Source: Octopus sinensis
Lineage: Eukaryota
Length of the DNA: 64,000 nucleotides
Reading direction: 5' to 3'
Assembly: GCF_006345805.1 (NCBI RefSeq)
Contig: NC_043026.1
Location: 3,596,001-3,660,000, forward strand
The position numbers were made by a program, and so were the translations under genes. Each line of letters begins with the position of its first letter. The first letter of the stretch is position 1. Below are positions 39,856-52,154 of the stretch, piece after piece. Below the pieces are notes generated by a model that saw only the letters and a list, made by a program, of their open reading frames with translations, made no database searches and was not told the origin of the DNA.

Positions 39856-40173
39856 ATATTTTTAATGAAATGGATAAATGAATTATCTTGTTACGGATTA
39901 TTCAAAATTTAACCGATACCTGGGTAGCAAAAATCACACCAGAAAAGACACGGTTGAGGTTACGACCATGGGGTTTCGCCCCCGTGCTTTAGTGCGGATA
40001 ATTGAAGTTTTATATATTTAGTGAAGGGAAGAAATAGAGCCGAACGAAGATTCTACAAAATTCCTTTTTATTATTTTCTACACATGTTTCAAAGGCTGCC
40101 TTTGAAACATATGTAGAAAATAATAAAAAGGAATTTTGTAGAATCTTCGTTCGGCTCCATTTCTTCTCTTCAC

Positions 40174-40204
<31 letters not shown>

Positions 40205-40552
40205 ATATAATAAATAGTAAAAAGTGAAAAAACTACAGAAGGCTTGTTTTAAAAGGTTAAAAAATATATATTTGAGTCAATATGTCTGAAGAATGTTATA
40301 AATTTTTTCTTACAATGACATAGTTTAGAAGAAAAAATGAATGTAAGAAATTTGAAAAGCTGAACGCGAAACCGGTCATTTCTTCTAAACTATGTCATTG
40401 TAAGAAAAAAATTTATAACATTCTTCAGACATTGACTCAAATATATATTTTTTAACCTTTTAAAACAAGCCTTCTGTAGTTTTTTCACTTTTTACTATTT
40501 TCTATATATTCAACCACGGGCTTTCACAAACCAACTTCATCTATATAATATT

Positions 40553-40585
<33 letters not shown>

Positions 40586-40980
40586 TATGCGGAATATAAA
40601 ACAAAAAAAGGGTAATCATATAGATTACTACCAGTGGCTCAGCACAAAAGACGAATTAGTCATTAGACAAAATATTATTAATATAGAAAAATATTATTCA
40701 TATTGAAAAATATTATTCATGTAGAAATATAATTAAGGGACTCATAAATTAGGTTGCCAAGTGCTGGGAACACAAAAACGAGATAAATTTATCAAGAGTG
40801 AAATGTTTTTGATTTTCACTCTCGATAAATTTATCCCTTTTTTGTGTCCCTAGCACTTGGCATCCTTATTTAGGAGCCCTTAATTATATTTCTACATGAA
40901 TAATATTTTGTCTAATGACTAATTTGTCTTTTATGCTGAGCCACTGGTAGTAATCTATATTATTACCCTTTTTTGTTTAT

Positions 40981-41052
<72 letters not shown>

Positions 41053-41479
41053 ATATATATATATGTGTGTGTGTGTGTGTATAAGGATGAAAAGGAACAC
41101 ACGAGTTGATATATATGAAAAAACAAGTCAAGATAGAAAATGCTAAAATAATTTTATAAAGAACATTTCAGTACCGGTTTCGGTCATTTTGAGACCTTTT
41201 CAACTGTAACTATTAAATAATTAAATTTAGAAAAATTAAAAGAAAAGTTTTTTTAAAAGAATATTTGTATAGTGTTCAAATATAAGTGGCGGAAACAAGG
41301 AAAATGCCACTTATATTTGAACACTATACAAATATTCCTTTAAAAAAACTTTTCTTTTAATTTTTCAAAATTTAATTATTTAATCGTTACAGTTGAAAAG
41401 GTCTCAAAATGACCGAAACCGGTACTGAAATGTTCTTTATAAAATTATTTTAGCATTTTCTATCTTGACTTTTTTTTTC

Positions 41480-41533
<54 letters not shown>

Positions 41534-41590
41534 ATATATATAGATAATAATAACAATAATAATAATAATATAATAATAATAATAATGATA

Positions 41591-41658
<68 letters not shown>

Positions 41659-42295
41659 ATAGTAGTAGTAGGGAATATAATTCCAAAACTTACAGGGAAA
41701 AATTCAAGTTAATAATTTTAAATCGAATTTCATAATATATAATATATGTATATAATTAAGAGAAATAACCTCTATTAAACAATTCAATAAAGAAAGATGT
41801 TATTCACACCATATAGAAAATATATACTATAAAAAAAATACTTATTTTAAATGAATAAAGTACAATAAGTAGTAAACAGTACTGCTATTTACTATTTATT
41901 GTACTTTATTGATTTAAATAAGTTTTTTTTATAGTATATGTTTTCTATATGATGTGAATAACATCTTTCTTTATTGAATTGTTTAATAGAGGTTTTTCTC
42001 TAAATTATATACATATATTATATATATATATTTAATCATCTCGCTACAGTCAAAAATTGTGAAGCATGACTGTCACCAGTACTACATGAACCTGAAGATT
42101 GCAGAATTTAATGCATGAAAGTACTAGTTCAATCAGAATGAACATTTAACATTCTACTATTTTATTTTATTTTATTATATTATATTATCTTATATTATAT
42201 CATTATAAGATTGTAAATAAAACGTGAAAATCAGACAAGGTTGGAATTCCTTTTATTAATATATTCTTCTATACACAATCACACACACCCGTATG

Positions 42296-42330
<35 letters not shown>

Positions 42331-45300
42331 TTTATTTAAAGCAGCAGAAAATTCAACAAAACCTGTTACTCTGAGTTTCACGTTCCCGTTCGTCGGACAG
42401 TTTTTGCTAGAATATATATATATATATATATAGTATATACACACACACACAGACATGCAGGAAGTAAATAGACACCTTTAAATTTCAAACTTTCTGATCT
42501 AAGCATCTTAATATGTTTTCAGCAGTGTAGAATTTACAATGTAATTATTCTTTTTCATTCCAGGTGCCATTATATTAAACATTTGCAAAGAGTAACCATG
42601 CCACACACAAAAAATTCAGCACAAATGTCAGAATTTCAAAGAGGTCATATTGTTGGGCAATCTGAGGCTGGTCTTAGCCAGCGAAAAATTGCCGAAAATC
42701 TTGAAATTCCTCTTGCTACTGTTAATAGAATTATAGTGCAATTCAAGAGCCAAGGAAAAGAATCAACAGATTCTCGTCCCGGCCAACCTGGGCCCTCGGA
42801 AAGGAAGCTTCGCTGTTTGAAAAGAATTGTGGCAAACGAACCCTGTTCGAAAGCTTCTGATATTGCAAAACAGCTAGAAGTTAGTCGAAGAGCGTGTGTT
42901 ACATATCTGCATAAGCTTGGGTATTATATGGACAAGCAGCTAGAAGAAAACCTCTCCTTCAACCAATTAACATCAAATAAAAGATTTTGAAAATTAAAGG
43001 TGTCTATTTACTTCCTGCATGACTGTGTTTGTCTGTACGAGTTAGAGGTTAAGTATATGCACATATGTGGTATACATAAATGCATGCGTGTGTGTATGTG
43101 TGTGCTTATGAGCACCATGATTGGTTGAGTTCTGAGCCTCAGAAAGATTTTGAACTCAGAACTTAAAGGGCCTTAACCAAACACCACGAGCCCAATGCAT
43201 CACAATTACTAATTGCAATAATAATGTTGTGAACTTACCAGCTCTTCACTGTCCTTTGGCTTCTGTCTGGTAAACCCATATGGAGGCATTATAAACTGTG
43301 AATAGGAGTGGATAGAGAAGAACCCTATCAAAGGACCTGCGGACTTGATGAAGCGTACAAGGGCCTCGCTTTCGGGCTCTGATAAAGCACGACTGCCATG
43401 GAAGGTCAGGCTACATTCAAAAGAACTGCTACCCTCTGTAGAAAAAAAACAAAAAAACAAATGGATATATTATTGTGGTATTGAATGTAGTATATTCTTT
43501 TTTTTATTTTCTTTTGTTTCAGGAGGTTGACTGTGGCCATGCTGGAGCACAACCTTGAAGAGTTTTAATCAAATAAATCGACCCCAGGACTTATTTTTTA
43601 AGCCTAGTACTTATTCTATGAGTTATCAGCTGTTGCAATGTGTATACCTTTTGGGGCCACTCTGTTTCACATACACACGCCAGTATACAACTAGTACTTA
43701 ATTTATCGACCCCTGAAAGGATGAAAGTAGACCTCGGTGGAATTTGAACTCAGAATGTAAAGATATATGAAATACCTATTTCTTTACTACCCACAAGGGG
43801 CTAAACACAGAGAGGACAGACAAACGGAATAAGTCGATTATATGGACCCCAGTGCGCAACTGGTACTTATTTAATCGACCCTGAAAGGATGAAAGGCAAA
43901 GTCGACCTCGGCGGAATTTGAACTCAGAATGTAAAGACAGACGAAATACCTATTTCTTTACTATACACAAGGGGCTAAACACAGAGAGGACAGACAAACA
44001 GAATAAGTCGATTATATGGACCCCAGTGAGTAACTGGTACTTATTTAATCGACCCTGAAAGGATAAAAGGCAAAGTCGACCTCAGCGGAATTTGAACCCA
44101 GAACGTAGCAGCAGACGAAATACCGATAAGCATTTCGCCCAGCGTGCTAACGATTCTGCCAGACTTTGTGTATTGCATAGGAAAAGGACCAAGCTATATA
44201 GAATAGTGTTTGCTGACAATGCCCTGCATTTTAGAAAAATCCCATAACATAGTTGTGGCTGTGTAGTAAGAAGGTTTGCTCCTTACTACACAGCCGAGCT
44301 GGCAGAAACGTTAGCACGTCGGGCGAAATGCTTAGCGGTATTTCGTCTGCCGTTACGTTCTGAGTTCAAATTCCGCCGAGGTCGACTTTGCCTTTCATTC
44401 TTTCGGGGGTCGATAAATTAAGTACCAGTTACACACTGGGGTTGATGTTATCGACTTAATCCGTGGGTCTGTCCTTGCTTGTCCCTTCTGTGCTTAGCCC
44501 CTTGTAGGTAGTAAAGAAATAGGTATTTCGTCTGCCGCTATGTTCTGAGTTCAAATTCCACCGAGGTTGACTTTGCCTTTCATCCTTTCGGGGTCGATAA
44601 ATTAAGTACCAGTTACACACTGGGGTTGATGTAATTGACTTAATCCGTGGGTCTGTCCTTGCTTGTCCCCTCTGTGTTTAGCCCCTTGTAGGTAGTAAAG
44701 AAATAGGTATTTCGTCTGCCGCTACGTTCTGAGTTCAAATTCCACCGAGGTCGACTTTGCCTTTCATCCTTTCGGGGTCGATAAATTAAGTACCAGTTAC
44801 GCACTGAGGTTGATGTTATCGACTTAATCCCTTTGTCCTTGTTTGTGCTCTCTATGTTTAGCCCCTTGTGGGCAATAAAGAAATAAGAAGCTTGCCTCCC
44901 AATCACATCGTTCCAGGCCCAGTTCCACTGTGTACCACCTTGAGTTAGTGTCTTCTACTATAGCTTTGAGCCACTCAAAGCTCTGTGAGTGGATTTGGTA
45001 GAAAGAAACTGAATGAAACCCCTCGTTTATATCTGTGTTTATCACCCACACACTGGTCGTCAATTGGTTTGATTAAGTCCCAGTAACTTAATGGGTTGAC
45101 AAAAGAAACAGCTAGAATAAGCAACAGGCTTTAAAAAGAACTATAAGTATTAGGATCAATTCATTCAACTAAAATTATTCAAGGTGCTACCCCAGCAAGG
45201 CCACAGTCTAATATCTGAAACAAGTAAAAGATAAAAATACTTGAAAACCGGTAAGGGTTTGCAACGGGAAGGATGTTCAACAGTAAAGCAATGCTTTGAA

Positions 45301-46456
45301 AATACGTATTCATCTAACCCATGCTGGTATGGAAAAAAATTAGATTAAAAGAAATGAACAGATGTGAAACCAATACTTACCACCGCTCCATCCAGCATCA
45401 AAATTACGGTTCAGGTCGGTGCCCATGCATCTGTTGTTTGGTTTCCTGTTTTTCCTCCACATTCTGTCCTGCAAAGAAACCAATAATTAGGACAGATGCC
45501 AGTCGGGATTGGTGGTTTAATTGTCGTGAGGATTTTATGGTTGGTAATGTATTAAACATTTATACATACAACTATACAAGTTTTGTTTGTATGTGTATAT
45601 CTGTGTGTGTTTATTTACATATATATATATGTCTTACAAACAACTTGCACATGCAAGTGCTACCAGTTAAAAGCTCCGTATACCAGAAGCCAGCAAGTGT
45701 ATGGGGTCATCAGGAGAGAATGCGCGCCGTTTCGGGGCCTACTTCTCAAGGGCATCAATGCGCACCGGCCCCCCTCACTGATATGAGGCCCCGCTTGCTA
45801 GATCAGCTGGTTATGAAGTTAAACTCAATATCCTTCTAGCCATCACTAAAAAAGATGCATTATTGTATAATCTTGCATGCTAACCATATTCTGGCCTATG
45901 GCAAAATGGCATATGGCTTTTAGGCATATGTTAATTTGGGTTCCTGTGTGTGTTTGTAGGTGAGTGGTGTATACTTACCTGGTAAAATGTGTACTCGTAG
46001 CCATCGGGGTTGGAACAGGGTATGAATACCCAGTCATAAAGGCTGAGTAAGTGTATGATATCCGTATCGGAGTCATAATCATTCGCAAACTGTGAATAGC
46101 AAAGGTGGACTGATGTTAGCAACAATTGTAGCAACAACAACAGCAACAGTAACAACAACAAGTAACCCAAGGGATGTAACATTACCCCTCTCCCTCTCCC
46201 AATATGCATCACACTCCTATGCAGTAAGACATTGTGGGTAGGGCCACAGGGGAACAGTTGCCATGGGAACAAAATTTCAAAAGAAAATGAAAAGGTGTGG
46301 CTGTGTCGTAAGATGCTTGCTTCCTAACCACACATGGTTCTAGGTTCAGTCTTTCCTCATGGTACCTTGGATAGGTGTCTTCTATTATAGCCCCAGGTCA
46401 AGCAAGTCTTGTATGTGGATTAAGAAGTCCATCATGTACATCTGTCTGTCTCTCTC

Positions 46457-46494
<38 letters not shown>

Positions 46495-46499
46495 CACAC

Positions 46500-46531
<32 letters not shown>

Positions 46532-46950
46532 GATGCCATGATAGATCGTTAGCCACTACACACATTTTTTCTCTTCTTTTTTTTCTCTCCTTTTTTTTCT
46601 CTCCTTGTTTTTTTATGTGTACCTTTCTGTAGAAGAGCGTAGGCTCGAAACATAAAAGACTTTTTCTATTCCTGGCGTTATACTAATACTTCTGTTTGTT
46701 TTGTACACCACCTGTCTTCATCTTTTGCTTTTTTCGTAAACTTTCCTCTCTCTCTCTTTCGGAGAGGCACTGAGCAGCTATACGCACACATACACACACG
46801 GCAGTAACTTCCACCTACCGAATTCAATCACAAAGCTTCGGTCGGCTCGGGGCTATAGTGGAAGACACCTACCCAAAGTGCCACGCAGTGGGACTGAACC
46901 CGAAACCATATAGCTAGGAAGCAAGCACCCTAACCACACAGCCATGCCTC

Positions 46951-46984
<34 letters not shown>

Positions 46985-47838
46985 GAAATATTAAAATAAC
47001 TAAGTCTCTCTAAAAGAGAACAGCGGCAGCGTTCCCGGAAATAATGTTATCGCCATACTAATATGGCATTCTTATAAAAATAAGAAAAAAGCTGTCCGCT
47101 TATTAGCTCCATGAGGCCATCGCCTTAAGTTAGCTATTTGATACACAAACTGTATCCATATAACCTTCGAACAAGGGAGGTCAGTCGCTCCACACTACTT
47201 GGCCGGCAGCTACAGATGCGTTTCGGGGTATTGCCCCTTTTCAATGCAGCGTATTTATTTTCCGGGAACGCTGCCGCTGTTCTCTTTTAGAGAGACTTAG
47301 TTATTTTAATATTTCTATTATTGAAAACAAGTGGATGTATTCCACCGAAACTAGGTAAATAAAACCATCGAACAGAGATTGTCGGAAGCGACACCTACTG
47401 GCTGGCTACGCTGCATTGAAAAGGGGCAATACCCCGAAACGCGTCTGTAGCTGCCGGTCAAGTAGTGTGGAGCGACTGACCTCCCTTGTTCGAAGGTTAT
47501 ATGGATACAGTTTGTGTATCAAATAGCTAACTTAGGCGATGGCCTCATGGAGCTAATAAGCGGACAGCTTTATTCTTATTTTTATAAGATGCCATATTAG
47601 TATGGCGATAACTATATATATATATATATAATATATATAGCAATAATAATTCTCTAAACGAGATATAGACAGTAACTGCTCCATAACATAAAGGACGTTA
47701 GCCATCTGAATGTGGCTAGGGACAGGGCAGGGCGGTGGGAGTGTTTCTGATGCATTTAGCCCCAGGCGATCATCAACGTCACCAGGAGCAGCCCTGCCCT
47801 GTCCCTAGCCACATTCAGATGGCTAACGTCCCTTATGT

Positions 47839-47879
<41 letters not shown>

Positions 47880-49871
47880 CACACACACATATATATACAC
47901 AATAAGAAACTAGAGAACCACATTAGTTGTTCATCAGCTTTAGGATATTGAAATGTTGACTCATTTATTTATCAAAACGACAACCATAATAACATACATG
48001 CATATAGTATATTATTCGATACATATAAGATAAGAATACAAGTAGTTATTAGAAAACATGAATATAAATTATTAAAATCACTTACAGCTGTTTCAGCGTG
48101 TGGATAATAGTAACTCATATATATATGTAGTTGGCTACATGACACAAGCGTTTTGTGTCCTTACGTTTTCAAACAGGGGAATGGCCCAATGGTTAGGGCA
48201 GCGGACTCGCGGTCGGAGGATCACGATTTCGTTTTCCAGACCGGGCTTGTGTGTGTTTATTGAGCGAAAACACCTAAAGCTCCACGAGGCTCCGGCAGGG
48301 AGTGGTGGCGACCCCTGTTCTACTCTTTCGCTCCAACTTTCTCTCACTCTTTCTTACGCAACCGCTGAGCCTGGATGCGCATTCATCCATCCGTCGATGC
48401 TCTCGGTGTCGGGGGGTTGACCTGCTTTCTCTTCTGCGGGTCTTACGAATAGCAAAGGACCACGTTTCGCGCTTCTCCCATCTTGCAAGCTCTGGGACGA
48501 AGACCGTTCGCTCAACACCACCACCAACAACATCAACAAACAGAGTGCATAAACTGCTTTTACCCTTTCAATAATTTTCATCACGGATGCTGTGCCAATC
48601 CATTCGCGAGCATGCATACCAGCCTCCACGAACACCGTCTTCTTTCCTGGACCCGTAGTAAACTGTGAGAACGAAAACATAGAGAAAATGTGAAGTGGAA
48701 TATACATAAATAGATGCCTGTGTGTGTGGTGTGTGTGTGTGTGTGTGTTGTGTGTGTGTAGAGGAGCGTGAGGGCGCGTGGCTTAGTGGTTAGGGCATTC
48801 GGCTCATGATCGGAAGGTTGTGAGTTCGATTCTCGGCGACGCGTTGTGTCCTTGAGCAAGACACTTTATTTCACGTTGCTCCAGTCCACTCAGCTGGCAA
48901 AAATGAGTTGTACTTGTATTTCAAAGGGTCAGCCTTGTCACTCTCTGTGTCACGCTGATTATCCCCGAGAACTACGTTAAGGGTACACGTGTCTGTGGAA
49001 TGCTCAGCCATTTGCACGTTAATTTCACGAGCAAGCTGTTCCGTTGATCGTATCAGCTGGGACCCTCGTCGTCGTAACCGGTGGAGTCTTTTAAAAAAAA
49101 AAATACAGAGGAGCTCTCCGTTGGTTATGACGATGAGGGTCCCAGCTGATCTGATCAACGGAACAGCTTGCCCGTGAAATTAACGTGCAAGTGACTGAGC
49201 AATCCACAGACACGTGTACCCCTAACGTAGTTCTCAGAGAGATTCAGCATGACACAGAGTGTGACAAGGCTGACCCTTTGAAATACAGGTGCAACTCATT
49301 TTTGCCGGCTGAGTGGACTGGAGCAACGTGAAATAAAGTGTCTTGCTCAATGACACAATGCGTCGTCGGGAATTGAACTCACGACCTTGCAATCGCGAAC
49401 CGAATGCCCCAACCACTAAGCCATGCGCCTTCACCATGTTTATACATATGTATATATATACTATGGCTAGCGTCTTTCGGTTTCCGTCTACCGAATCCAC
49501 TCAAAAGGCTTATTGCTCGCTCGAGGTTATAGTAAAAGATACTTGACCAATGTGAAACACAGTGGGACTGAACCCAGAACCATGTAAGTAGGAAGTAAAA
49601 TTATTACCACAAAGCCATGCCTGCGCCTATATATACATACTAGCAGTATCGCCCGGCGTTGCTCAGGTTTGTAAGGGAAATAACTATAAAGCATTTTTAG
49701 AGAGTTATAGCCAAAAAATAGCAAAAAAATGATGGTAAATTTTTTTTTTAGTTAAAAAAGGTGGAGTTGCGTCCCCTAGACAGTTTGCGGTTTGTGTTTC
49801 TGATTCTCGACCCCATGTCGAATTTATCGATTTTTTTCAGAAACAATTTTCTTTTGCCCTTGTTTATAAGT

Positions 49872-49907
<36 letters not shown>

Positions 49908-49915
49908 ATATATAT

Positions 49916-49953
<38 letters not shown>

Positions 49954-50147
49954 ATAAATATTAGGGAATAAATCCAAATTTACAGGGAAAATCAGATTTA
50001 GGATTGAATCCAATTTTATAGTAAAATATTATATAATATTAATTAGAGACAATTTTATTTAATTTAATTTTATTTATTTAATTTATATTAATTTTTTTAT
50101 GTATTGGATTAAGTCTTTCTTTGTTTGATTTGCAAAATAGTCTCTAA

Positions 50148-50193
<46 letters not shown>

Positions 50194-51740
50194 GTGTGTG
50201 TGTGTGTGTGTGTTGTGTGTGTGTGTGTGTACTGTTGTGTCTGGAGAGAGTCATTTTCTTTTTGTAAAATTTCCACTTATTTCTTATTTTTATTTTCATA
50301 AAATTTTCGTTGCGTCTTGCAACCTTTTCAATAGTCTTGACTCGTCAAGACTATTTTAGGAAAGTAAAAGCAAGAAATAAGTGGAAATTTTACCGGTGAG
50401 TCTATTAAACTATAAGGCACAAAAAGAAAATGACTCTCCCCAGACACAACAGAATATGCTTCAACACACGAACTCACATAAAGAATCTTGCAAATCAAAT
50501 CCAAAAACGAAATGCATACATACATACATACATACATACATACATACATACATACATGTGGAAGTGGAAGCACTCCGTCGGTTGCGACGATGAGGGTTCC
50601 GGTTGATCCGAATCAACGGAACAGCCTGCTCGTGAAATTAACGTGTAAGTGGCTGAGCACTCCACAGACACGTGTACCCTTAACGTAGTTCTCGGGGATA
50701 TTCAGCGTGACACAGACAGTGACAAGGCCGGCCCTTTGAAATACAGATATAAACAGAAACAGGAAGTAAGAGTGACAGAAAGTTGTGGTGAAAGAATACA
50801 GCAGGGATCGCCACCACCCCCTGCCGGAGCCTCGTGGAGCCTTTAGGTGTTTTCGCTCAATAAACACTCACAACGCCCGGTCTGGGAATCGAAACCGCAA
50901 TCCTATGACCGCGAGTCCGCTGCCCTAACCACTAGGCCATTGCGCCTCCACACATACATACATACATACATACATACATACATACATACATACATACATG
51001 CATACATACATACATACATACATACATACATACATACGTTTTATACATTTATACCCCAATATTCTTGCAGACTGTGAGGAAATTACGTAGTTGAAGCTAC
51101 AAACCCTGATAGCATAAAGCTCTCTTTTCTCGTAGCTGGTTCCATAGGATACAAGAGTCACGTGGTTATGTACTTGAGTATAACGCTTCATAAGAACCAC
51201 AATCTAGTGAAGATATAAATTTACATAACAACAACAACAACAATAATAATAATAATAATAATAATAATTCATTCTCTATCACAGATAGAGAAATTAAGGC
51301 CAACAGACCAGATATAGTTGTCAGAGACCATGAAGAAAAAAAATGCTTTCTAATTGATGTATCAATACCGGCTGATGACAACGTGTCTCTAAAAGAAATG
51401 GAGAAACTCTCAAAATACAAAGACCTGGAAATAGAGGTAACTAGAATGTGGAATCTGAAAACAGAAACATTTCCTATCATAGTAGGTGCATTAGGCATGA
51501 TAAAAAAATATTCAGACAAATACATAACAAAAACACCAGGACTTACAAACACATATAACATACAGAAAATTGCACTACTAGGCACTGCACACATCCTACG
51601 CAGAACACTTTCCATACAATAATCATCAGAGCATCACAACAAATCACAGCACATACCGAAGACACACAGAGCTGCGCTCGGTAGTGAAGTGAAAGCACGC
51701 TATAAAAATAAAACTACTGAATAATAATAATAATAATAAT

Positions 51741-51794
<54 letters not shown>

Positions 51795-52082
51795 CATAGT
51801 AAAAAGCACCATCCGAATCGTGGCCGAAGCCAGTGCCGCCTCGACATAAAATGCACCAATCCGACCGTGGTCGATGCCAGCCTCACCTGGCACCAGTGCA
51901 GGTGGCACGTAAAAAGCATCCACTACACTCACGGAGTGGTTGGCGTTAGGAAGGGCATCAAGCTGTAGAAACACTACCAGATCTGACTGGGGCCTGGTGC
52001 AGCCTCCTGGCTTCCCAGACCCCAGTTGAACCATCCAAACCATGCCAGTATAGAAAACGGATGTTAAGAATGATGATGATGA

Positions 52083-52154
<72 letters not shown>

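Noticed and set aside
47321-47365. Second TTGAAAA..GAAAC motif in the 46981 element
   Set aside because: Stem II register and stem I pairing are poor; not called
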